DNA of 64,000 nucleotides from Opitutia bacterium (GTDB lineage Bacteria; Verrucomicrobiota; Verrucomicrobiia; Opitutales; Opitutaceae): contig CANJVR010000001.1 in assembly GCA_947478395.1 (NCBI GenBank), forward strand, positions 768,001 through 832,000, given 5' to 3'. A program made the translations under genes and the position numbers. The notes below the pieces were generated by a model. The model did no database searches. It was not told the DNA's origin and worked only from the letters and a program-made list of their open reading frames with translations. Of this stretch, positions 19,630 to 30,205 are shown piece by piece (the stretch's first letter is position 1; the number at the start of each line of letters is the position of its first letter).

Positions 19630-20778
19630 TCATTGCTGGATGATCGCGATGCCGATCGCGTAGGCAATGAGGTTGAAAATCGCGAGGGGCAGAAGCTTCT
19701 GCCAACCTAGCTTCATGACTTGGTCGTAGCGGAAACGCGGCACAGTCCAGCGGACCCACATAAAGAAAAAGAGCAGCACGATGACCTTGCCGAGGAAGAT
19801 CCCGATTGAGAGCAGACCCAACACGAGCGGCAGCGCCGTCAAGTGAAGCGCGCCCGCCATGGCCGCGAGGGAAACCCACGGCAGCGGATTCCAGCCACCG
19901 AGGAACAGCAGCGTGAAAATTGCCGAGCCCACGATCATGTGCGCGTATTCGGCCACAAAGAAGAGCGACCATTTAAAGGCGCCGTACTCGGTATGGAATC
20001 CGCCGACGAGATCGGCTTCCGACTCCGGCATGTCAAACGGCTGGCGGTTCGTCTCGGCAAACAGCGAGACCATGAAAATGAGCGCCGAAATCGGCATCAG
20101 GAAAATGAACCACGTTCCACCCCAAAGGCCCGGCTGGCTCTGGAATTCGACCACCCGCGCGAGGCTCATCGTGGCGGGCGTACCCGGCGCGTTTACCCAA
20201 AGAAAAACCGGCACGACGGAAAGCGTCATCGCGAGTTCATATGAAATGAGCTGCGCCGAGGCGCGCACGCCGCCGAGGAAAGGATACTTCGAGTTAGACG
20301 CCCAGCCCGCAAGAATCAGCGCGTAGACCCCGAGCGAGGAGACCGCAAATACCGCGAGCAATCCGATGTCGACGTTCGCCAGCGCCAGCGGAATGACCTG
20401 TCCTGCGCCATCGATGAAGGCGCCGAACGGCACGACCGTGACCGTGGTGAGGGCCGGAATCATCGCAATCAGCGGCGCGAGCAGAAAGTACAGTTTGTTC
20501 ACGTGTCCCGGGACCGGCTCTTCCTTGAACAGGAACTTCGCGCCATCGGCCATGAGGTGAAAGACGCCGAGCTTCTGGAGCACCGGACCAAGCACGGGCA
20601 CCCACGCGAACCAGAAGGGAATCGCGCGATTCGGACCCGGACGACCCTGGATCCACGCCGAGACTTTGCGCTCGGCGAGCGAGCACGCGCCGGCCAGCGG
20701 GAAGATCACCAAGATCACCGCGAGGCCCTTGATCAGGCCTTGCACGAGCAGCGGGAGGTTGAAGTAGAAATCGAACAT
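19630..20778 (-). CDS. nuoH: NADH-quinone oxidoreductase subunit H
   Basis: ERKVSAWIQGRPGPNR, AETNRQPFDMPESE, PRFRYDQ. Confidence 0.96.
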   Translation of the reverse strand: MFDFYFNLPLLVQGLIKGLAVILVIFPLAGACSLAERKVSAWIQGRPGPNRAIPFWFAWVPVLGPVLQKLGVFHLMADGAKFLFKEEPVPGHVNKLYFLLAPLIAMIPALTTVTVVPFGAFIDGAGQVIPLALANVDIGLLAVFAVSSLGVYALILAGWASNSKYPFLGGVRASAQLISYELAMTLSVVPVFLWVNAPGTPATMSLARVVEFQSQPGLWGGTWFIFLMPISALIFMVSLFAETNRQPFDMPESEADLVGGFHTEYGAFKWSLFFVAEYAHMIVGSAIFTLLFLGGWNPLPWVSLAAMAGALHLTALPLVLGLLSIGIFLGKVIVLLFFFMWVRWTVPRFRYDQVMKLGWQKLLPLAIFNLIAYAIGIAIIQQ

Positions 20779-20791
20779 GGCGTCGCGTCAG

Positions 20792-22510
20792 TTAGGCGGG
20801 CGTCGAGGTCGGCGTTGCCGCCGGCTGCGGGGCACTCGGCTTGTAGTGCAGCGTCTCGCCCTCAACAAAAGACAGCGCGGCGAACGGCGTGGCGTCGAGC
20901 AGCAGGCCCGTGTCGGGAATGTTTTTGAACAGCATCGTGCCGACCGCCGGGACGTCCGCGCTGAGTGCGGGCCAAAGCGCGGCCACATCGCCACCGAGCG
21001 TCGCACCGCCGACCGCAGCCACGAGTTTCGCGAGGACGACGAGGTCGTCGGTCGCGCCGACCGGACCAGGGACAGCCTTCGTGAATTTCTGGATGCGAAA
21101 TTGCTGGTTCACGAACGTACCGCTCTTTTCAAAAACCGTGAGCGTCGGGAGAACGACCTTGGCCGCCGCGCTCGTGGGATTCGCGTGGGTGCCAAGATAG
21201 ATTACGGAAATTTTTCCGAGCTGGGCGGCGCTCAGTCCAGCGGCGGCCAGATCTTCGCCGACGGAAACGACTGTTTTTATTTTTCCGGCGTCGATGTCAG
21301 CCGCGAGCCCAGTGAGGTGCGCGGCGGGCAACGTCGTGATGAGCCCGGTGACGAGCGCACCGCGGACGTTCGGATTGCGATCGGCGGAGATGAGCAACTT
21401 GTCGCCCTGCCCCACCCGGCTGACGAGCTGCGCGGACGCGCCAAACGCAGCGGCGAGTTTTTTCGTCAGGAACTGTTCCTCGACGGTGCTGCGACCAGAA
21501 CCCACGATGGCGACCGAGCCCGCTTTCAGGAGTTGGACCGCGGCGTTGATCGCGATGTCGAGCGCGCTGTCGGTGCCGTTAACCGTGATCGCCGTGAGAC
21601 GCGTGTCGGCCTTGACCTGCTTGTAAAGGATGCGCGCGGAATCGGAGAGCCACGTGTCGTTGACCTCGTCGTTGCGGCGCGGAGTGATGCGATAGAGCGT
21701 GCCCTCGCGCGACCAGAGGACGGTGTTGGCGCCGACGGAAGACTCGGTGTCGATGCTGTTGGTTTGCTTGAGAAACCAGACGCGCATCTTGAAACGGAAA
21801 TCCGTCGAAGTGAGCGCGCCGACCGGACAAATATCGACGGTATTGAGCGAGTAATTGTTCGAAAGCGTCTTGCCCGGATAGCAGGTGAGCGTCGAATAAC
21901 TGCCGCGATCGGTGAAGCCGAGCACGTCGTCCTTCGCGATCTCCTTCGAGAAACGCACACAACGGGAGCAGAGAATGCAGCGCTCGTCGTCGAGTGTCAC
22001 GCGCGGCCCCAGCTGGGTGCGCTTCGGTTTGACGTTCTTCTGCTCGACAAAACGCGAATAGCCGCGGCCGTAATCGGTGGCTTGTTCTTGAAGTTTGCAT
22101 TCGCCGGCCTGGTCACAGATCGGGCAGTCGAGCGGATGATTAATGAGGAGAAACTCCATCACGCCCTGCTGGCAGTCCTTCACCATCGGGGTGTTGGTGC
22201 GAATGTGGAGGCCGGGCGAAGCGTTGGTGCCGCAACCGATCTGGGGACGAGGGATCCAGTTGATCTTCTGCTTGCCGGTGGCCGGATCCATGATCGGCGC
22301 CTTGGTGGCGGGATCGACGGCGGGCATGCCCATTTCGATGAGACACATCCGGCAATTCCCCGCGACCGTGAGCTTCGGGTGGTAGCAGTAATGCGGCACA
22401 TCGACGCCGACCAGGCGCGCGGCCTCGATCACGTTGGTGCCTTTGGGCACGGCGATCTCCTTGCCGTCGACGTTGACGGTGATGAGGTCGGGTTTGAGCG
22501 GAGCGATCAT
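20792..22510 (-). CDS. nuoG: NADH-quinone oxidoreductase subunit G (short form)
   Basis: HYCYHP..GNCRMC, NHPLDCPICDQAGECKLQ, RCILCSRCVR, DICPVGAL. Confidence 0.94.
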   Translation of the reverse strand: MIAPLKPDLITVNVDGKEIAVPKGTNVIEAARLVGVDVPHYCYHPKLTVAGNCRMCLIEMGMPAVDPATKAPIMDPATGKQKINWIPRPQIGCGTNASPGLHIRTNTPMVKDCQQGVMEFLLINHPLDCPICDQAGECKLQEQATDYGRGYSRFVEQKNVKPKRTQLGPRVTLDDERCILCSRCVRFSKEIAKDDVLGFTDRGSYSTLTCYPGKTLSNNYSLNTVDICPVGALTSTDFRFKMRVWFLKQTNSIDTESSVGANTVLWSREGTLYRITPRRNDEVNDTWLSDSARILYKQVKADTRLTAITVNGTDSALDIAINAAVQLLKAGSVAIVGSGRSTVEEQFLTKKLAAAFGASAQLVSRVGQGDKLLISADRNPNVRGALVTGLITTLPAAHLTGLAADIDAGKIKTVVSVGEDLAAAGLSAAQLGKISVIYLGTHANPTSAAAKVVLPTLTVFEKSGTFVNQQFRIQKFTKAVPGPVGATDDLVVLAKLVAAVGGATLGGDVAALWPALSADVPAVGTMLFKNIPDTGLLLDATPFAALSFVEGETLHYKPSAPQPAATPTSTPA

Positions 22511-22526
22511 CTCGGAAAGATTTGTT

Positions 22527-22626
22527 TTAAGCGCAAAGACGCAAAGGCGCGAAGTTCGGAGGGAAAGTTGTTTTAAGAGATTGGTTTTTGCGTTCGAACT
22601 TCGCGGCTTTGCGTCTTCGCGCTTAA
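22527..22626. repeat. GCGCRAAGACGC-family repeat-palindrome (nuoF-nuoG junction), near-perfect 32-bp stem
   Basis: TTAAGCGCAAAGACGCAAAGGCGCGAAGTTCG ... CGAACTTCGCGGCTTTGCGTCTTCGCGCTTAA (2 mismatches). Confidence 0.88.
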
Positions 22627-22638
22627 GGATTGGAAAAG

Positions 22639-24000
22639 TTAGATGAGCGCGCCCGCTTCGGACGGCTTCGCGGTTTTTTTGGTCTCGGGATACGCCTTAA
22701 ACTCATCGCCGAATTTCGCGATAAAGCTCTGGGTCGGCCACGAACACGCTTCGCCGAAGGCGCAAATTGTGCGGCCAGGAATTTGGTCGGCTACGCTCTT
22801 GAGCAGCGCGGCGTCCTCGGTCCGGGCCTGGCCATGAACCATGCGCGTGGTGATTTTCTTCATCCACAACGACCCCTCGCGACACGGCGTGCACTGGCCG
22901 CAGCTTTCGTGGGAGTAGAACGCGTTAATATTCGCGAGCGCTTCGACCATATTGACGGTGTCGTCCATCACGATCACGCCACCCGAGCCACCCATCGTGC
23001 CGATCATGCCGAGCGAATCGAAATCCATCGGCACATCCTCGACGCCCCAATCGTAGTCGACCATTTCTGCGCCGACCTTGCGCTTGCCTTTGTAGCGTTC
23101 ACCGAAGCGGAGAATTTTCGCGGACGAACCGCCGGGAATGACGGCCTTGAAGGTCCGGCCCGGCAACGGCCCGCCACAGACCTCATTGAGTAACTGGCCC
23201 ATCGTGATCCGGCCGGCTTCGAACTCGTAATAACCGGGCTTCTGCACGTGACCCGAAACACAGAAGATGCGCGTCCCCGTATTGCCCGGCGTGCCCACTT
23301 TCGTGAAGGCCTCGCCCCCGACATCCGCAATGAACTTCACGTGGCAGAGCGTCTCCACGTTGTTCACGATCGTCGGGCACTGATAAAGCCCCAGCACCGC
23401 GGGAAAATAGGGCGGCTTGATGCGCGGGTTGGCCCGCTTGCCCTCGAGGGACTCGATCAAGCCGGTTTCCTCGCCGCAAATATAGGCGCCGGCACCGCGA
23501 TGAACGAAAATTTCGCAGCTGTACGTCGATCCGAGAATATTCGGGCCCACAAAATTTGCCGCGCGCGCCTCGGCGATCGCTTTTTCCAAGATGCGTGCAC
23601 CATGCGGCATTTCGCCGCGGATATAAATGTAGGCCTGCTTCACGTTGTTCGCGAAACAGGAGATGATCGTGCCCTCGATCAGCTGGTGCGGATCCTGGTG
23701 CATGATGTACCGATCCTTGAACGTGCCGGGCTCGGACTCGTCGGCATTGACGATGAGATAGATCGGCTTGCCGCTCTTGCGATCAACCAGTCCCCACTTT
23801 ACGCCGCAGGGGAAACCCGCGCCGCCACGTCCGCGCAGGCCGGATTTTTTCACCTCGTCGATCAGTTCCTCGGGCTTGCGCGCAAACGCACGCTTCATCA
23901 CTTCGTAGCCGCCATGCTTCAGATAGCATGCGAGGTCGTTGGTATAGCCGGGCTCGTCGATGTGCTGAAAAATGATGCGACGTTGAGCGGGAGCGGGCAT
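22639..24000 (-). CDS. nuoF: NADH-quinone oxidoreductase subunit F
   Basis: GLRGRGGAGFP, NADESEPGTFKDR, GAGAYICGEET, ESCGQCTPCREG. Confidence 0.97.
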   Translation of the reverse strand: MPAPAQRRIIFQHIDEPGYTNDLACYLKHGGYEVMKRAFARKPEELIDEVKKSGLRGRGGAGFPCGVKWGLVDRKSGKPIYLIVNADESEPGTFKDRYIMHQDPHQLIEGTIISCFANNVKQAYIYIRGEMPHGARILEKAIAEARAANFVGPNILGSTYSCEIFVHRGAGAYICGEETGLIESLEGKRANPRIKPPYFPAVLGLYQCPTIVNNVETLCHVKFIADVGGEAFTKVGTPGNTGTRIFCVSGHVQKPGYYEFEAGRITMGQLLNEVCGGPLPGRTFKAVIPGGSSAKILRFGERYKGKRKVGAEMVDYDWGVEDVPMDFDSLGMIGTMGGSGGVIVMDDTVNMVEALANINAFYSHESCGQCTPCREGSLWMKKITTRMVHGQARTEDAALLKSVADQIPGRTICAFGEACSWPTQSFIAKFGDEFKAYPETKKTAKPSEAGALI

Positions 24001-24006
24001 GGCTGA

Positions 24007-24034
24007 AGTGGCGAGTGGCGAGTGAAAAGTGATG
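24007..24034. repeat. Heptamer tandem repeat (nuoE-nuoF junction)
   Basis: AGTGGCG AGTGGCG AGTGAAA AGTGATG. Confidence 0.6.
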
Positions 24035-24048
24035 GGTTCGATCCGCGG

Positions 24049-24537
24049 TTACTTTCGCGCCGCGGCTTCGGCGCGGATTTGGGCGCTCAACTGTTTGGCC
24101 TTCGAAACGTCGACCTTCTCGTGGAGGTCGTCGTCGATCAACACGACGGGCGCCGTGCCGCAGCTCGCGAGACATTCGACGAAATCGACCGTCACTTCGC
24201 CGTCGGGCGAAACTTCACCGAGGTGCGTGTTGAATTCCTGCTCGAAGGCGGCGCAGGTTTTGTAGCCACCGACGAGCGCGCAGGAAAGCGTGCGGCACAC
24301 CTTGATGTGGCGCCGGCCGATCGGCTTCTGGCGGAACATCGGGTAAAACGTGACCACCTCGTAGACATTGATCGGCTGAATCTCGAGTTTCGTGGCGATC
24401 CACGGAATCGCGGCCTCCGGAATGAAACCAACGTCCTCTTGAATGAGGTGCAGCAATGGCAGCGTGGCGCTACGCTTCGTCGGGTAATGCGTGATCACCT
24501 CGTCGATCTTCGAAAGAGTTTCGGGCTTGAGATTCAT
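24049..24537 (-). CDS. nuoE: NADH-quinone oxidoreductase subunit E
   Basis: VTFYPMF, CRTLSC, ECLASCGTAP; ATG at 24537. Confidence 0.95.
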   Translation of the reverse strand: MNLKPETLSKIDEVITHYPTKRSATLPLLHLIQEDVGFIPEAAIPWIATKLEIQPINVYEVVTFYPMFRQKPIGRRHIKVCRTLSCALVGGYKTCAAFEQEFNTHLGEVSPDGEVTVDFVECLASCGTAPVVLIDDDLHEKVDVSKAKQLSAQIRAEAAARK

Positions 24538-24558
24538 TAACGCTGTAAAATTGAGGGG

Positions 24559-24632
24559 CCCACGGAACACAAAGAATGCACAGAAGGATCAATTCGGTTG
24601 GTTTTCATTCCGTGTGTTCTGCTTGTTCCGGG
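24559..24632. repeat. CACGGAA-family repeat-palindrome (nuoD-nuoE junction)
   Basis: CCCACGGAACACAAAGAATGCACAGAA ... TTCCGTGTGTTCTGCTTGTTCCGGG. Confidence 0.7.
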
Positions 24633-24641
24633 AAAAAATCT

Positions 24642-25874
<1,233 letters not shown>

Positions 25875-25890
25875 CGAAATTAAATCGCGT

Positions 25891-25983
25891 GCCCGCTAAA
25901 CACGCAAAAATGCGCGGAAGATATCGAGTGGCACTTCAGATGAATTTTCATTTCCGGTATTTTTTTTCGCGTCTTTTGCGGGC
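25891..25983. repeat. GCCCGC-family repeat-palindrome (nuoC-nuoD junction)
   Basis: GCCCGCTAAACACGCAAAAA ... TTTTTCGCGTCTTTTGCGGGC. Confidence 0.7.
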
Positions 25984-25987
25984 AACC

Positions 25988-26611
25988 TTATTCCGGTTTT
26001 TCCCGGCGTTCGTTCCAGCTCTCGTCCTTCGCGGACGGCTCGGCCTCGGTCATGCTCATCTCACCCGACGACGCCACAAAGGGGCCGCCGACCATCGGCG
26101 CCGCGATCACTTTGGCTTTCGTCTCCTCGGCGACCTCGAAATCGGGCAGCACGGTCTCGATACCAGCCAGCGGGAATTCCTTCCGCAAGGGATGATACGG
26201 ATAACCGTCCCACATCAAAATCCGGCGCAAGTCTGGGTGACCGGTAAACGTGATGCCGAACATATCGAACGCCTCGCGTTCGTGCCAGTTCGCCCCGCCC
26301 CACAGACTGACCACGCTCGGCATCGCCGGCGCGGCGTCATCCAGGCAATTCGCCGCCACCCGGATGTAATTATGCTGCGAGGTCGAATAGAGATGATAGA
26401 CCACCGTGAATCGCGGCGAAACCCCTTCCGCCCAGTCGATCGCGGTCAAATCGGCGAGGAAATCGAAGGCGAATTCGTCGCGAAGATATTTCAGGACGGC
26501 CAAGGCTTCAGCGGCCGGCACGTTGACCGCCGGATGATCGAGACTCGCGCGCGGAGAGGCCTGCGGGAATTTTTCCCTGAGGGCGGTGATGGCGTCGATG
26601 GTACCGGACAT
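25988..26611 (-). CDS. nuoC: NADH-quinone oxidoreductase subunit C
   Basis: ANWHEREAFDMFGI.F.GHPDLRRIL, HPLRKEFPL. Confidence 0.96.
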   Translation of the reverse strand: MSGTIDAITALREKFPQASPRASLDHPAVNVPAAEALAVLKYLRDEFAFDFLADLTAIDWAEGVSPRFTVVYHLYSTSQHNYIRVAANCLDDAAPAMPSVVSLWGGANWHEREAFDMFGITFTGHPDLRRILMWDGYPYHPLRKEFPLAGIETVLPDFEVAEETKAKVIAAPMVGGPFVASSGEMSMTEAEPSAKDESWNERREKPE

Positions 26612-26659
26612 GGCGTGGAGTGAAAAGGACGGCGCGAAAGGAAAAATGGTCCGGCGCGT

Positions 26660-27169
26660 TTAAGCCGTCAGCAGATTCTTGGCCGACGGCTCACGGCGGA
26701 CCTTATCCTGCAATTTCATGAGGGCATCGAGCAGAGCCTCGGGCCGCGGAGGACACCCGCTAATATATACATCGACCGGCACGATGCGATCGACCCCCTG
26801 AAGCGTGGCGTAACTGCGGTACATGCCGCCCGAGCTGGCGCAGGCGCCCATGGCAATGACCCACTTCGGCTCGGCCATCTGGTCGTAAATGCGACGGACC
26901 GACGAGGCCATCTTGTAGGTGACGGTGCCCGCCACGATCATGCAATCGGATTGACGGGGGGAAAAACGCATGACCTCGGCGCCAAAGCGCGCGATGTCGA
27001 ACCGACTCGACGCCGTCGCCATCAATTCAATGGCGCAGCAGGCCAGGCCCATGGGCATCGGCCACATGGAATTGGCGCGGATCCAATTGATGACCGCATC
27101 CGCCCGTGAAACGATGAGCTCGCCCTCAATCTTGCTGTTGTAGCCGAGCTCGGAGTTGGGGGAGACCAT
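26660..27169 (-). CDS. nuoB: NADH-quinone oxidoreductase subunit B
   Basis: [31 protein letters not shown]. Confidence 0.97.
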   Translation of the reverse strand: MVSPNSELGYNSKIEGELIVSRADAVINWIRANSMWPMPMGLACCAIELMATASSRFDIARFGAEVMRFSPRQSDCMIVAGTVTYKMASSVRRIYDQMAEPKWVIAMGACASSGGMYRSYATLQGVDRIVPVDVYISGCPPRPEALLDALMKLQDKVRREPSAKNLLTA

Positions 27170-27377
27170 GGTGAAAGTGATGGAGAATTTCGGACGCTAA
27201 GATTGCGGACCGTAGCAACCGCGTTAGGTCGCGCAAGGAGGTTTTCGGAAAACCTCCCGCTAGTAATATTTCCACTAGCCCCGCGTAGATTTGCCGTTGA
27301 CCCACGGAGGCGGGCCGGCCCTTGTTTCACCCTTCGCCCGTCGAGCGACGCGTTTCCGATGCGTCGTCCGAACACCC

Positions 27378-27467
27378 GGAGAGGTGGCAGAGTGGTCGAA
27401 TGCGCATGATTGGAAATCATGTGTCCTCGCAAGGGGACCGGGGGTTCGAATCCCTCCCTCTCCGCCA
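27378..27467 (+). tRNA. tRNA-Ser(GGA)
   Basis: GGAGAGG/CCTCTCC acceptor stem, CATGA-TTGGAAA-TCATG anticodon arm, long variable arm, GGTTCGAATCC, encoded CCA. Confidence 0.97.
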
Positions 27468-27668
27468 TCCTTTGCTCGTTGAGCTTCGGATGGCACGGCC
27501 AACTTGGGCCAGCGCTTGATTCACGTCCGCCGCACGAAGGCTAATTTCAAGACATGGCACGGCCGAATTCGCCCGGCTTCTGAAGCTCACTATCGACTTG
27601 GCGGCGTGATGCCGGTCGCGTCGCTTGACCTGACATCGCGATTTGCGATTTCAAAGCGCGAGATTTTC

Positions 27669-28202
27669 ATGAGCGATCCCGCTATTATTCCCGCGCCCGA
27701 AATCCAGCAGCGCATCCATTCAATTCGCGGCAAGCGGGTGATTTTGGACGCCGATCTCGCGCGATACTACGCTGTCGGCACGCGCGATCTCAACAAAGCC
27801 GTCGCGCGCAACCTCGACCGCTTTCCAGAAGATTTCGCCTTTATGCTCACGCTGGAAGAGACCCGCGCTTTGATGTTCCAAGCTGGAACATCAAAGTCCG
27901 GCCGCGGCGGCGTGCGCAAGCCTGCCCGCGTCTTCACCGAGCAGGGCGTTGCCATGCTCGCCGGCGTGCTGCGGAGTCCACGCGCCGTCGCTATGTCGAT
28001 CACGATCGTCCGGGCTTTCGTGCAGATCCGCGAGCTGTTGGCCCAACATCGCCAGCTCGCCGGGAAACTCACGGAGCTGGAGCGCAAGCTCCAAGGCCAC
28101 GATCACGCCATCGCCAATCTGTTCGAGGCCATTCGTCAGCTTCTGGCTCCGGACGGCCCGCGTCACCGCCGCAAGATTGGATTCCATCAAGGCAATCGCT
28201 GA
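27669..28202 (+). CDS. ORF6N domain DNA-binding protein
   Basis: IRGKRVILDADLA, RNLDRFPEDF, FTEQGVAML..VLRS, C-terminal RKIGF. Confidence 0.9.
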   Translation: MSDPAIIPAPEIQQRIHSIRGKRVILDADLARYYAVGTRDLNKAVARNLDRFPEDFAFMLTLEETRALMFQAGTSKSGRGGVRKPARVFTEQGVAMLAGVLRSPRAVAMSITIVRAFVQIRELLAQHRQLAGKLTELERKLQGHDHAIANLFEAIRQLLAPDGPRHRRKIGFHQGNR

Positions 28203-28234
28203 AGCTAGCGCCGATCGTTGCGCTTAGACGTCCC

Positions 28235-28425
28235 CCGAATTTTTACCCGGGAGTTGCCAATCGCCTCACCTCCCAAGACACTCCGCGCTCTTCGTCGAGT
28301 GCGCCCCTCTCGCCGAGATTCAACAAGAGGTCATCCTCGAGCACAACCGCCACCCCCGGAATCGCGCCGAACTCACGCCCGCAAACCGCGTCGCCCACCA
28401 CGACAGCCTCAGGCTGCAGGACCAG
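28235..28425 (+). pseudogene. Decayed duplicate of the sufU upstream region and 5' end
   Basis: Aligns to about 33637-33828; translates LAEIQQEVILEHNRHPRNRAELTPANRVAHHD versus SufU LSELYQQVILDHNRRPRNRGKLPTANRVAHGD; ATG lost. Confidence 0.9.
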
Positions 28426-28502
28426 CTTGAGCCCAACCCCATAAAAAATTCCGACCACCCTGCGCCACTCCGGCGCAGCGCGCTGAAATCACCCCCCCCC
28501 TC

Positions 28503-30197
28503 ATGTCATCGCTCATGGCTTCTTCACCTCGCACCCGCGATCCACGGATCGCTGTTTCACTCCTGAGCCTCGCAGTCGCGTTCGCGACTTTGCCTGCCCT
28601 TGCCCAGCCGGTGCCACTTCCGGTGGAAGAGCCCGGAGTTGCCGGCGCCGCGGCCGCGCCCGGCACCACCGCCCCCCGACCCCGCGATACGCCGGAAATG
28701 ATCGCCGCCGCGTTAAAGGATATTCCCGCTCCGCCGGCCGGGCCGTTTGGCGAATCATGGGCGTCCATCGAACAGCACTACAAAGACCCGGAGTGGTTTC
28801 GCGACGGCAAGTTCGGCATCATGATGCACTGGGGTATCTACTCGGTCCCGGCCCACGGCAGCGAGTGGTACGTCCGCTATATGTATGGCGGCAACAAAGG
28901 CATCATGGACTGGCACACCGAGCACTTCGGTCCGCCGACCAAGTTTGGCTACAAAGATTTTCTGCCGATGTTCACGGCGGCCAAGTGGGATCCGGATGCT
29001 TGGGCCGCGCTTTTTAAAAAGGCCGGCGCCAAATACGTCCTCGCGCCCGGCGAGCATCACGACGGTTTTTCCAACTGGGATAGCGCGATCAATCCCTTCA
29101 ACGCGAAAAACTACGGACCGCATCGCGATCTCGACGGCGACCTCATCAAGGCGTTGCAAAAGGTGGGCCTGAAAACCGGCATCTCCGATCATTCCTTCTT
29201 CCACTTCGTTTTCATTCCCGCCCTTCCCGGCAGCGATCAATACGACCCGAAGTGGGCCGCGTTTTACAGCGTCGCCGACCGCAGCGAGGCGGCGCGGATC
29301 AAGTTCATGCACGACTGGGTCGCGAAGCGGATCGAGACCATCGAGAAATATCATCCTGACATGCTCTGGTTCGACATGAACACGGACCACGCCACGGACC
29401 CGCTCAAGATTCGGGTGGCCAGCTACTATTTCAACTGGGCCCGGCAGCAGAACAAGGAAGTCGGCATCAGCGCTAAACAAGCCGCGTGGGTTTCGGGCCA
29501 GATCATGGATTACGAGCGCGAAGGCCGCTCGCCGATGGAGCTGACCGAATGGGTCTGGCAACCCGACGATCCCATCACGAACAAGTTTGGCTACGTCGAG
29601 GAGCAGAAGCCTTATCCCGCCGACCAGTTCGTCTGGAAGATCGTCGAGAACGTGAGCAAGAACGGCAATTTACTGCTGAACATTTCGCCCAAGGCCGACG
29701 GGACCATCCCGCAGGAGCAGCAAGACGTCCTGCTTGCGATCGGCCAATGGCTCGGGGTAAACGGCGAGGCGATCTACTCCTCGCGTCCGTGGATCAAATA
29801 CGGCGAAGGCCCCGCGGCCGAGGGCGCGGCGCAAGCGATGGTTGCGGCCCGCGCGAAAGGCTTCGCCGGCCGGCTCAACGGACAAAACCAAGGCGACCAA
29901 GTGGTCGGGGGTGGCGGACTGCCGCGCAAAGGCTACACGCCGCAGGACATTCGCTTCACCAAGCATGGCGACACGCTGTACGCGACGGTGATGAAATGGC
30001 CCGAGGGCGAAGCGGTGATCACGTCGCGCGCCACCGGCCAAGCGCCGCCCGGAAAAATCGAGCAGGTCGAACTGCTCGGCCACAAAGGACCGCTGGCGTT
30101 CACGCAGGACGCCGCCGGCTTGCACGTGAAGTTCCCCGCCCAACCACCCTGCGACTACGCCTACGCCCTTAAGATTACGGGCCTAAAATTGAAATAG
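28503..30197 (+). CDS. Alpha-L-fucosidase (GH29), secreted
   Basis: WFRDGKFGIMMHWGIYSVP, EHHDGF, LWFD, VSKNGNLLLN. Confidence 0.93.
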   Translation: MSSLMASSPRTRDPRIAVSLLSLAVAFATLPALAQPVPLPVEEPGVAGAAAAPGTTAPRPRDTPEMIAAALKDIPAPPAGPFGESWASIEQHYKDPEWFRDGKFGIMMHWGIYSVPAHGSEWYVRYMYGGNKGIMDWHTEHFGPPTKFGYKDFLPMFTAAKWDPDAWAALFKKAGAKYVLAPGEHHDGFSNWDSAINPFNAKNYGPHRDLDGDLIKALQKVGLKTGISDHSFFHFVFIPALPGSDQYDPKWAAFYSVADRSEAARIKFMHDWVAKRIETIEKYHPDMLWFDMNTDHATDPLKIRVASYYFNWARQQNKEVGISAKQAAWVSGQIMDYEREGRSPMELTEWVWQPDDPITNKFGYVEEQKPYPADQFVWKIVENVSKNGNLLLNISPKADGTIPQEQQDVLLAIGQWLGVNGEAIYSSRPWIKYGEGPAAEGAAQAMVAARAKGFAGRLNGQNQGDQVVGGGGLPRKGYTPQDIRFTKHGDTLYATVMKWPEGEAVITSRATGQAPPGKIEQVELLGHKGPLAFTQDAAGLHVKFPAQPPCDYAYALKITGLKLK

Positions 30198-30205
30198 CCT
30201 GCCTC

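Noticed and set aside
20777..22576. Long antisense ORFs, here and opposite many other genes
   Set aside because: Expected shadow ORFs from high GC3 codon bias opposite confident genes
27022..27519. ORFs overlapping the tRNA (e.g. MAEREGFEPP)
   Set aside because: Shadow translations of tRNA-Ser
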